Shown piece by piece: positions 37,801-49,009 of a stretch of DNA of 64,000 nt. The translations under genes were made by a program, and so were the position numbers. Source of the stretch: Aplysia californica (taxonomy: Eukaryota). Where the stretch lies: positions 1,158,852 to 1,222,851 of the forward strand of contig NW_004797435.1 of NCBI RefSeq assembly GCF_000002075.1, given 5' to 3'. A model generated the notes under the pieces. That model saw only the letters and a program-made list of their open reading frames with translations, had not been told where the DNA came from and made no database searches. Every line of letters begins with the position of its first letter. Within the stretch, counting starts at the first letter, position 1.

Positions 37801-38744
37801 TATCCGAATGTCTCTTCTTTTTGTGTGAAATGATACACTTCGACAGCGATAAATATTTGGCTGCCCAGCCTGGAAATGAAGCTTGGACTGTCAACATTTT
37901 CCTAATCACGTACAATACATAACAAGTATACCATAAGTATAGGACTACCTAATCACGCAGCTTGTCACAGATACAACACGGATGCGAAGGAAGCCTCCTG
38001 TTGCATCTTTTATGAGACAGTAAAAGATTATAATACTAAAGCTCAAGAAGTGTGTTAGTAGTCTCCAATCATAAAACCATCTACCCATCCAAAGGAACTT
38101 TTGTAGTGATCTCTCCCTTCTGACTGAATTAGAAATTAGATCCAGACTTTTTTGCACATTTTAGACTGAAATCTGTTTTTCACAAATTTCTGTGTTTGTC
38201 CGCAGACATGTCAGAAATTGGTGAAGATCCAGCCGTGTGTCAGTTACGCTTTGTTCCTGCTCGGGTCCTCACAGTTTGCTCTCTATGAGAACACACCGGA
38301 TGACAAAGAAGGTAGTCAGATGCTCAAAGATGCCCGAGCATCATATGAGGCAAGTATTGGACTTGAAGGGAAGACAAGTGATGGAGACCCCCCACAGGCA
38401 ATCTCTGGTATGATTATTTGTACATGTGAACATATGTATGTGGCTCTGAAGAGAAAACCTGTTTGAAGGTACAGAAGGTTTTTGAGATATCACTGAAGAT
38501 TTAGAACTTGATTTTTATCAAAAATCAACTTGTCAGTGCAAAACTCCATCATGCATCACTTTTCAAATTGACGTATGGCAGAGTCTTACACTAAACAATC
38601 AAAATGAAGTTTTATGAAATATGGAAAGATAAGCCATTTGCAAGTCATTAGTGAAAAGAATTTTTTTCAAAGACTGTTGTAAATATTTGTTTGTTCACGT
38701 AGAGGATAGTAACTTTTATGCAATAGCTGACAATACCAAATGAA

Positions 38745-38822
<78 letters not shown>

Positions 38823-41800
38823 TTGTGTGTTAGTATGTGTATATATATATGCANNNNNNNNNNNNNNNNNNNNNNNNNNNNNNNNNNNNNNNNNNNNNNN
38901 NNNNNNNNNNNNNNNNNNNNNNNNNNNNNNNNNNNNNNNNNNNNNNNNNNNNNNNNNNNNNNNNNNNNNNNNNNNNNNNNNNNNNNNNNNNNNNNNNNNN
39001 NNNNNNNNNNNNNNNNATGTCTGAAACAAAACATTTTGTCTACTACTCTCTAGAACAAAAATGGTGGACGGAGCTGATCAAAAAAGAAGAAGAGGCCAAA
39101 AAAGCGGCTGCGGCCCCTCCCGTACCTACAGGGGGCACCACTGGGGCGGCTCCTGCTGCGACAAGCGCGCCTGGTGGCCGAGGGGCTCGTGGAGGGGCCA
39201 CTGCTGCTAGAGGAACCCCGGCTCGTGGAGCAGCTGCAGGGAGGGGTCGTGGAGTGCAGCCTGCTACGTCGAACACTGCAGTGAAGGGAGATAAGTCCAA
39301 ACATGTCTGTGTGCCGCAGAAATCAGGGGATAAGTCATGAGTTTTGTTTGTTCACATCTCGCTTTCTAGCTGCAGAATCTCGAAGTTCTCACTAGTGCTT
39401 ATTTCTTTTATTGTCACTTATTTTTTTGTGAGTATCACCCTTCTTTTCTTACACCATCTTTCTATTCTTTTGTATTTGTACACAACTGAGGGGGCGNNNN
39501 NNNNNNNNNNNNNNNNNNNNNNNNNNNNNNNNNNNNNNNNNNNNNNNNNNNNNNNNNNNNNNNNNNNNNNNNNNNNNNNNNNNNNNNNNNNNNNNNAGTG
39601 GGAAATGAGGAGGAAGCTGGGAAAGGGAGTTATTTTCCAGAATTTAAATAAAACACCATAACAATTGTGGAAAGATATTGTATACTGTCTGTGTACGTAT
39701 GAGTGGATAAGAGAAAAAAAATAAAAACTATGTTTGCCATTTGAATCGAAACAGGTAGTCTTTCCTTCAGCTTGTTCCTGTGCAGTAACTATTTTCTGGA
39801 TGATACTTTTGCTTTACAAGAAAGGAGTATGCTCATGTGGGTAAAATCTTAAAGATCAATATTTGGTATTTGTAAAGTGGTAAACAAACAACAACTTAAG
39901 ATAGATATAAAGAAAGAATATAGTTATGTCAGTTAATTCTATTTCCATTCTTTATGTTTAGAATTACTTTTTTGTGTGTATGAAGAAAAATAAGGAAAAG
40001 ATAAGATTATAATGTTTTCAACACAAGGAAGTACACTCCCCATTTAACCTTTTTAATATTTGTGCATAGAGCTATATATAGCCTAGACCTCCAAAATGTC
40101 CTCATCTTTGATTCAACAGCTTTGTATCTTTGTATATGTCATGTTGATGAAGGTATTTGATGGCTGAAATAACTTTCTTAATGCCACAGTCTGAGCTGAG
40201 TAGGACAAGTTAATATGTAAAGCGTTTAATCTTTGTTTTTTTTTCTTTGTGCATTTTAGGTCTTTTCATTCTCTCTTTCGACTAATGTAGAAATTTTCAA
40301 TTTTTTCACAGTACAGTAGTCCCCGCCTAAGATCCCACTGTTTGTGATCCCGATTCACTTAAGATCCCGCTGTTTTAAGAAAACTGAATTTTTACTATAC
40401 AAAAGTCACCCCTAAGATCCTGCTCTGATTCACTCTGAAAGTCTACATTTGGCTAAGATCTCGCATTTCAGATCATAATTTACTGAACAAAAACCTCGGG
40501 CGGGCACAGCTGATCAACCAAGAGTAAAAAGTTGAGATCAATGAACTGCCCGTCCCATCAAAGATAAGCCACTCTTGTGAATGCGATCACATACACCGAT
40601 GAAGCGGTGCAATGTTTGCCCCAGACGGGATCACACAGAGGTGTGAACTGACTGACACGTTTGTTTTCTCCAAACATCGCACTCGCATCTGAGCTCTCCC
40701 CTAAACTTACATCACTTCGCTCCAGGCGGGGTCACATCGAACTGTGAACTCTTCCCTGACCATTGCAGCAGTTGTCACTACTCCTGAATTTGTGAGACAG
40801 ACTGAATTTTAATTGATGTGGTCATAATGTAGTGGTACGTAACGACAAAGGTGAGGGAACTTGGTTAGAGAAGGAAAAGTATAAATTTTCAACAGGTAAA
40901 GAGGAGGAGCAACTGGATAAGCATAGATATTGAGACACACAATAAGATAATAAGTGAAAATGGCATGCCTCATGCCACTATGCCTTATGATAGGTCATCA
41001 CTCTTTGCTCGCCATATATCATAAACCCACCCAGGGGGCACGTCAGTTCATTGTAGATTGGAGGGAGACCATTTTACCGATTATAAGCCTTAACATGGGT
41101 CACCATAGATTTTTCCTTGGGTTTGTCGGTTAAGATCCCGGTTCGCCTTAGATTCCGTATTTCCTTGCGTCTGAGCACTGGGATCTTAGGTGGAGACTAC
41201 TGTATTTTAAAAACAGATAAATTTTCTCTTTTTTTTTTCTAGATGTCTGTTGACAATGCCTTCAAAGTGTTAACATGAAGCTTTGTCCTAACAATTTCAG
41301 CCACATTTCATTACTGTTGTAGTGATTCCTGTTATTTCTAATCTGCTCTGCCATTACAATTATTATTAAGTCATCTGTGTATTCAAATGTAAAAAATGCA
41401 TAATTTCATATACCCTCTTTGGCACTTTTTAGAGATACTGGTGTATTTCTTTTAATGTAGCTATGGTGCTTATACATGTACTTGCTTTCATTCATTTCTC
41501 ATCTTTTTTGCTTTGATCCCATTGTTGTCAACAAACCCATTTGTTTTCCATCTTTACATGGGCGTAATATCAAAGGGGTTTTGAATAACTTTCCCCTCTC
41601 GAAGTTGAATAGACTTCATGATATGTTTAAAGTTCATGCACATGGTAAATAAAACAATTAATTACGTTATAATACTAAACAATAACAGTATAATAAGAAT
41701 GATAATAATAATTCAATAATAATGATTTAACAAAAACAATAATAATAATCATCATAGTTCTCGAACATTATAAATAGCGTATGTGCACTCTGTGGATGTT

Positions 41801-44800
41801 CAATGCCCTATACCGAATATCAACATAAAAGAAGCTTGATTGAAATTGATGGGATGATTAAAGAGAAAGTAGTAATACTCTCTCAACCATTCTTTACTGT
41901 AAAATATTAATGAGGGGAGAATTTGGGGCAGAAGTTGCCTCAGTGTATTAGTTTACAGTTCAGACACAACTAATAAAATTGAGTTTTTCAGTACTCTGCT
42001 TTGATGATTGATTACCATTAAAGAACATTATAATTCAGAAACTGAAATTTGCCCATTGTTTAATGTGTATATTTTTCTCTCGTTCCTGTCTTTACGTCCT
42101 GCAGCTCGAGGTGGAGCAGCTGCCAGAGGGGCACCAGCTGCCAGAGGCCCTGCCAGGGTAAGAATCTAGCTCTCAATCACTTTTTAGTGTTTATTTATGA
42201 TAAAGTTTTGTAAAACTTTAATGTCTGCTTTGAGGCAATTTAGATAATTTTTGGATAGGGCTGTTTCAACCCTTCCGGTCAGGGCCAATGCAGGCTGAAT
42301 AGAATGCAGCATATCTCAGTGATCTGACGGAGATACTTGATAAAATAACTTCTGTGTTGCAGTTTACTGATAAAGTTTATTATAAGCCTACTGATAAAGT
42401 TTACCATAGGAAAATATTTCATTGTATTTTCCACAATCTCTTGTTACACAGCTAAAGAAGTCTGAATAAGTCTTCATTGATTTAGGAAAGGACAAACTTA
42501 ACTTTGCTGCTTTAACAACTTTTGCATCTCTAATTAAAAAAGATAGAAAGTTCATTCAATCAGAGCATAGTTTCTTATCCAAATTGTAATGTGCTAATTG
42601 CATCTTATAGTCGCAGCTTTTCAAATCAGAACAAGTAATTTGTATGTAAAGAAATAGGTAGAAGTAATTTTGATCATGAATTGTTAATTTATAGATTCCA
42701 GAAAGTGAACGTAATGGTTCATATTTCAACCCTCTGGGCCTACAGCCTTATACTGGTAGATTTACATTGAGGTACATGTTTGGTGCACAGAAGAGTACAG
42801 GTAGCTTGGGTCCTTATAATTCGGGTTATTTTATTGGCTGAAAAAGAGAAATAGAGAAATACTGTGTACTTGTCACAGTCATGATGTAAAGAAAAAAGAA
42901 TTTAAAACTTTCTTTGTTTGTGGACAGGGAGGGAAAGCCCAACCTGCACCTGCACCTGCTCAGAAACAAGAACCACCAGCAGAAACGAAAGGTGAGCAAC
43001 TTAAGGGTATCAAATGACGCAAATGACGATGATATGTTAATACATGTCATGTAGAAAATTGGGGGTGATGGGGGGGGGGGAGGGGGGGGGGTAGAGGATC
43101 ATTTCTCAGCACATCATATAATAAATAATCACTACTGTAAAAACAAAAAAATATGGTGATGTAATTCTGGTTTGTGTTGTGCTTTGGGGAATAACATTCC
43201 TCTAACAGTAGATGTTAGACTGGATTTATAGAGGATTCAACATAGAAAAAGTTAGATGAGAGTTGAACTGTGGACTTTTCAAATCAGACTCTTGGATTTC
43301 TTTTTATTCTGCTCTTGGCCTCTCAGTTTTCCTGAACAAAGCAACAACCACCAAAACAACCACCAACAAGTACATAGCGAGAACCTGCATTCAACAAGAC
43401 ACTGAATCACAGTTAACTTTTTTGCTTGCCCTTGTCCAGCTCCTGAACCAGAGCCAAAGAAAGAAGAAGTCAAAGCAGCTCCAAAGAAGGTTGTGATCAC
43501 AAATCCCAAGTCGTACCAGGCAAGGTTGGGCTTGGCTCGGGTACTGAGGGCTGCCAATGAACCGAATGAAGCAAAAAAATATTATGCCGAGGTTATTGAC
43601 ATGGCCCCAGAGGTAAAATATACCTTGCAAGCTTTCCTCTTTTGTGTTATTTTGTCAATATTTTTCTTCTTGAATCTATTGTATACTAAAATCTAGTCGT
43701 TAAATTTTATTAATAACTGAAGTTTTCTAGGAGTTTAAATATCTTATTATTTCTTTTCTTTTCTGTTTTGCATCTCCTTGTGAAACTGCTGTTATATTGT
43801 GAGGCCTTTTCATGTCACTTTTGCTATTCTCTACTGTCATGATTCTGACAGATCAAATTGTAGCTTTTATTACACTGCCACTATATTGATTTTCTCACTT
43901 TTTATCCTTTGAAGAATTCTTGTACGAATCTTAAGGGGAGGGGCTGATGATAATTCCAGCGTGGTCTGCTTTTTTGTGCTCCTTTTAGTGTTTCAGTTGT
44001 CCTTAATCTGTCAATTACAGGAATTTATTTGTTGCGATACTAACTTACTGTCGGTAACAACACTATATCATCTTCGTTGATGGAAATTTTTTATTGTGTC
44101 GTATCTCATTTATTTATACCTTCATCCATTGACCTGGTTGTAGACTGATTCAAGGGGTGGTAAAATAAATATTTGATTTCACATTCTTGTTTCAATATAC
44201 AGGTGCATGATGCATACATCGAAAGTGCTGAAATGCTGAGCAAATCCAACCCCTTGGAAGCAGTTGATGTGTATTGCAAATTCCCCATCTCTGAAAATCT
44301 TACTTTTGATGATGGTTTCATATTCGGGGAGATTGTTCGCATCTTGATGAAAGAGCAAAAGTTTGATGATGAGCGACTTGCAACTAACCTAATAGCATAT
44401 GGAAAAGTGTATGGAGTTGGTAAGTGACTGAGAATATTTCTAAAATTTTGACTTAAACTTTTCTGAGTCAACAAAAAATTCAATGTCTGAGAATAGAATT
44501 CTTGAATTAGCAATACTTACGTTGTTCCTTCCTGTCGTCTATCATCTCAGGCTACCCAAAAATGAACTTTTTCTCAGCTGGCCGTATGATCAGGGTGGAA
44601 GTCAGGGGTCGAATTAATTTCACCCCTCTGACTACCCTGAAAAGTTTTCATACAAGGGCACAATTTGAGCACTTTCACAAGCAGCCGTGAAATTTCACAT
44701 TCACACCACCCTGACCATCTGTGACAGTACAGGGCTGCCATAGATGGGTTAACAGTTACCCAAACTACACTTTCTTTTAGCTTCGTATAGAGACATGGGT

Positions 44801-45313
44801 GGGTTTGCGAGGATTCTCGTTAACATTTATATGTTTGGAAAAATGACAATGATTAAGATATGAAAATTCACTTACTTTGGTCAAATGTCTATTTTTTAAT
44901 AATTATAGTGTGTGTTTAAGCTGTAATTGTGTAATTAATTTGTCAGGAGGGAACATCTTACCCAACTCATCTGAGCAATCTCCCAAAAAATGCGTCACTT
45001 TTTCTTCCCTGTGCATCTAACGCACATCCATCCATCCAGGACTCAATACTACGATTTTTAAAGATGTATTGTAAGAAATTTTATCTTTTCAGTGTGTTCA
45101 CTAGTTCTTTCAGTTGAAAGTGGCATTGCCTGGTCTTATTCTGTTTGTGTTTATCTTTTTTTTTAAATCACAGGCGTTCTCGAGCGCTACACAAAAATTC
45201 TGGAAGAGAAGATGAAGAATGATCTTCTCAAGAAAGTTTACGCTGGTGTTAATAACAAATCGGTGGATGACCCTGACATGCAAGCTTTCTTCAAGTTCAA
45301 ATTTTGGATTTAA
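22668..45313 (+). CDS. Uncharacterised ~1095-aa protein: 2 cadherin-like beta-sandwich repeats, U-box-like (zinc-less RING) module, TPR repeats and RGG-rich linker; 20 coding exons
   Basis: Exons: 22668-22829, 26470-26674, 27093-27259, 27743-28040, 29081-29154, 29457-29510, 30453-30567, 31252-31430, 32786-33010, 33619-33827, 35068-35208, 36079-36216, 37304-37529, 38206-38407, 39054-39290, 42096-42157, 42928-42991, 43440-43612, 44203-44419, 45174-45313. Total 3288 nt, open throughout. 18 introns are GT-AG and one is inferred AT-AC. Motifs: LSPAFKKNVLEYNVTV / VTAEDGTTKNY and LEPNFEPNQLLYY / VTSADGSNKKTY; YECPISL...HTYS...DPLSGESL; TPR-like YNFHVGRMLVIQGNYGDAVKRLEAAL and ARLGLARVL...EAKKYYAEVIDMAP. 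Confidence 0.9.
22897..24151. mobile_element. Non-autonomous DNA transposon with ~200-bp TIRs in intron 1
   Basis: 22897-23105 is inverted against 23920-24151 (e.g. TAGACGGAGCGTCCAC / GTGGACGCTCCGTCTA and CATCCCATGAGATGAAGGAAAAC / GTTTTCCTTCATCTCATGGGATG). CAGTGGC termini. Internal (CT)n/(CA)n at 23325-23635. Confidence 0.85.
25020..26396 (-). mobile_element. 'ATGTG...CACAT' DNA transposon, copy C (inverted, interrupted by insertions)
   Basis: 25020-25170 and 26100-26396 are reverse complements of the two ends of 14938-15369. About 0.9 kb of unrelated sequence lies between, including an hAT-like piece ending CTGGCTACGCCAGTG (~25346-25503). Confidence 0.7.
28807..28900. repeat. (TG)n/(TGCG)n microsatellite
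   Basis: Read directly. Similar tracts lie at 24871-24980, 33957-34017, 38748-38830 and 47860-47927. Confidence 0.9.
29980..30277. mobile_element. piggyBac-like MITE
   Basis: TIR CTCTTTAAACCC / GGGTTTAAAGAG flanked by CTAA and TCAA (degenerate TTAA). Internal direct repeat TCGGA(T/C)GCTGGGA. Confidence 0.55.
32047..32578. mobile_element. MITE with ~30-bp TIRs and internal TGACTTAGGCC repeats
   Basis: TCAAGCTGCTACCTTTTTGGCCTAAGTCA against TGACATAGGCCAAAAAGGTAGCAGCTTGA. Confidence 0.75.
34632..35044 (+). mobile_element. 'ATGTG...CACAT' DNA transposon, copy B
   Basis: ATGTGAGGCACCGTAGTGAAATCAGGCGC... aligns end to end with 14938-15369. Confidence 0.8.
39291..42095 (+). other. Putative U2-type AT-AC intron
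   Basis: 5' site GGAG|ATAAGT. The 3' site is a polypyrimidine tract TTTTTCTCTCGTTCCTGTCTTTAC|GT. The phase-1 join gives VKG-GPAARGG in frame. Confidence 0.65.
40314..41202. mobile_element. Tc1/mariner (pogo/Tigger-like) MITE
   Basis: TA|CAGTAGTCCCCGCCTAAGATCCCACTG ... CACTGGGATCTTAGGTGGAGACTACTG|TA. TA TSD and subterminal TAAGATCCC repeats. Confidence 0.85.
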
Positions 45314-45553
45314 CTTCACAATTTTATATGTATATGTTTTAAATCCTTCACAATACTTGTGTTATTTTTACTTTTATCTCACAAGTGGACCTGATGTTGA
45401 AACGTTTTTAATTTAATACTTTTGCAAGGAATACTTTTTGGGGGATATCTGCTCTTGGGGGTTTCTTTCAACTTCTCTGGCCATCATCATCAACATATTA
45501 GTTCCTAATCTACTCTTGATTTAAATGGTCTCTATATGATTGAATGCTGGATC

Positions 45554-45559
45554 AATAAA
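45554..45559 (+). terminator. Candidate polyadenylation signal of the 22668-45313 gene
   Basis: AATAAA ~240 nt after the stop codon. Further candidates at ~46154 and ~47406. Confidence 0.35.
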
Positions 45560-47870
45560 AACATGACTGAAAGAGTAAGGTCTGTTTACTAACTCTAAAA
45601 ATCATCAGGTGGTTGAATTTTTTTTTCTGTTTCCTCTGGGTTTATTGACTTACTTGTAGCATATGGTAATTTATTCTTGTCTCTTATGCTGAAGAACCAG
45701 GTTCATTTTTTGTGTTTAAAAAGTATTGTGGAATTTTTTTCTTAGGTTCTTCTCGGATAAAAATAATCAAGCAACTGGTCATGCTGATTAAAGAAGAAAA
45801 ACACGGAAGTTTGGGGAAAGTGTGAAAACTTACTTTAGTTTGTGTTTTTTTAGACAACACGAAGAAAGTAACTAACGCATTTTAAAATTCATATCTCATT
45901 TTTGTAAAAAAAAATTTTTTAAAGCACTTGTCTTGCGTGGTCGGTAACAATTACAGCTTACTTTACCTGGAAAAATATTACTTGGTATGCTCTATGTTTT
46001 CACTCTTTTCTTTCATAAAATATTTCATGTTTTGCTTACCACGAGCGGAGCAAGAACATCCCTGACTGCTGTTTATGATATAATATTCCTTTAGCTTTTA
46101 AAGAAAAATCTGTGATGACTGATGAGATTTCTGTTATATCTTCTTCATGTTGGAATAAAATTAAAAGTATTACCCATTTTGACTGACAAATGAACATTTT
46201 GCAACATGACTTTGATATGATAAAAAATTAAAAAAAAAAATTGGGTATGGTTTGACATGCATTATTACTGTTGAACACCAGCTACAGTTTTGTCTGTAGA
46301 ATATAGGATGTAGTTACGAAGATCAATATCTCCTCTTTTGACAATCTATTTGAAGGTAAGTATTTCCTGTAAATTAGAATTTTAGAAGGTATTGTCTGCT
46401 GTGTTCTATATATATAATGTATTATTATTTGAGGGTCAATGTATGACATGTTCTACAACATTCCATATGTCTCAGTCCCATTGTGGACAAAACTATATTT
46501 AAAGAAATACATGTTATTCTCTGGAGATTTTAGCATTCAGTGTATCATGTTTTCTGCTTATGTTTCTTTATCAGCTGTGATATTTAGCATTATCTGAGTA
46601 TAACCCTAGTGGTATCTTCCTGCTGTTTTAATGTGATAAATATACACACAAGTACTAGTACTAGTATATTTTCATATCTTAATGTTTTGCCATTCCTGAG
46701 ATCCGTCCATAAAAAGAATTGCATATCAGCATTACTCTGTGATATTTTATGCTTTGTTTTATCCACTTCTAACTATTTTGAAAGTAATCTTATGGAGCCA
46801 TCTAGGCATGTGATACATGTACGTGGACAGAATTTCTATTGAAATGTTATAACAGTGATTAATAATGATGGTTTAGCAAAAGAAGAACAAGTTATTGTAT
46901 ATTATGTATTTTAGCACTATCTTTTGCAGATGTGACTAGAAATTGATAACACTAACTTTTTATCTGTCTTTGAACATAACATTGTCAATTTTAAAAGTAG
47001 ATTTGTTTTGTATTGAACCTTTCTTTAACAAGTTATTTCAGACCAACAGGGAGTGGCTGATGCACTGTAGTGTTTTTTTTCTTTTCTTTTCTTTTCTTTT
47101 TTTCCACAGTGACTATTATCTAAACAATCTTCCTGAGGAGAAATGAAAGTTTTATTGTGCTGACCTACCACAAGCTAACTCTTCACCACCCAACAAAAAC
47201 CCAACAACTTCTACTTATTAAGAATGATTCGACAAAAATGACAAAAAGATAATTAATCTGAACTTTGCAATGAATGGATGACTTATCTACTGTAAATTGA
47301 GCAACGCAAGGTTTTAACTTACTTTTATACTTTCTGAAACCATTTTTATCTTCTGCTGAGACATTTGTTATAATGAGAAAAGTTGCAAATTGAGCATTAA
47401 TCATTAATAAAACACGGTTTAGCTGATTATGAAAATATTGATAGTCTTTGTAGAAGAAGAATGTGAGCCATGGGGTTTGGTTGTGTTGATGTCGAAAGGC
47501 GCAAATAGGTTACACAGTTTAGTTACTAACAGTCCATGTTGTTCTGAATCTTCAAAACTATTTCTGATGTATATCGATATTTAATTTTGCGAATTCATTA
47601 TTGGTTTGATTGTATCTTATGTTTAGTCTGTAATAATTCAGTTCAGCTTGGGAACATTGGATGCTGATTTTGAAGTGAGCCAGTTTTGCCAAAACTATCC
47701 AAAAACTTTTGTTTTTGATCTTCAATAGATTAATAATTTCACATATTGTGGTACTGAAGTGTTATTTTCTTTCATAAGCTATATAGGTAGGGGTTTTTTT
47801 TTTGGGGGGGGGGTGTGTTTTCAGATTACTTGTGTTTACAAAATGTCATTGATTGTTACTCTCTCTCTCT

Positions 47871-47927
<57 letters not shown>

Positions 47928-48027
47928 NNNNNNNNNNNNNNNNNNNNNNNNNNNNNNNNNNNNNNNNNNNNNNNNNNNNNNNNNNNNNNNNNNNNNNNNN
48001 NNNNNNNNNNNNNNNNNNNNNNNNNNN

Positions 48028-48128
48028 TAGAGAGGTGAGCAGAGTAAGCCTGATTCCCTGTAAGGACTTCTCTGTTGACATCCACCCCTTGGCGCTCATA
48101 TGACCGTATGCAGTTGCGAGCGCCGTAT
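48028..48128 (+). mobile_element. SINE 3' portion (same family as 12346-12495)
   Basis: Reverse complement of 12350-12450; 5' side lost in an N gap. Confidence 0.75.
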
Positions 48129-49009
48129 ATACATGTAGGCCTATGTAGATCTATATATATATATATAGTAACGTTCGTTATTTGACATATTGGCCCAACA
48201 GCACTCAAAGAGCATACCAATCGTCAAACAGCAACCTTCCGACAACCTTCAAGTAAGCGCTACTTTCCCTCAGTAACAATAGACAGCTTCAACGCCGACG
48301 CACCCACATAAACTTTCCCAATTCACACAATTGTGTCGTAATAACATACAAAATAATTTCTATGTATGGTGCAAACCTGCGGACACAAAGATGACACAGG
48401 TCAGTAATCACAACTGCATCGTCAGCCTTTTGGATAAAGCAACAGTTGCCAAGCACATTATGGTTTACATTTAGTTCAACGTTCACTCAAAGTTTATATA
48501 TTATATAGTTGCTTGTTCTAATCATAACTTTACCTGTCTGGTACGCGTGTTCACATCTATGGATTTCAAGCTTTAGGGCATTCGATATAATATTAATATT
48601 GTAATAGCAATCTTTTTCTGGGTTTAAAAAAAATCTACTCTAATCAAATATCTGGCGCTCTCGTATTTAGATTGCGATGATAGAAATGACAATAAGACAA
48701 GATTTTGTACATGTGGAGTGTTTCTGGTGTGGACATTTCGTTGACTTGACATTTCATCATGGCACACAGCGTACACATACCTTCTCCAACATTGGACAAA
48801 GCCATCTCTCTCTTNNNNNNNNNNNNNNNNNNNNNNNNNNNNNNNNNNNNNNNNNNNNNNNNNNNNNNNNNNNNNNNNNNNNNNNNNNNNNNNNNNNNNN
48901 NNNNNNNNNNNNNNNNNNNNNNNNNNNNNNNNNNNNNNNNNNNNNNNNNNNNNNNNNNNNNNNNNNNNNNNNNNNNNNNNNNNNNNNNNNNNNNNNNNCG
49001 CACACGCAT

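Noticed and set aside
39291-42095. U12 (minor spliceosome) intron
   Set aside because: The 5' site is ATAAGT, not ATATCCTT, and there is no TCCTTAAC branch sequence. A normal pyrimidine tract is present.
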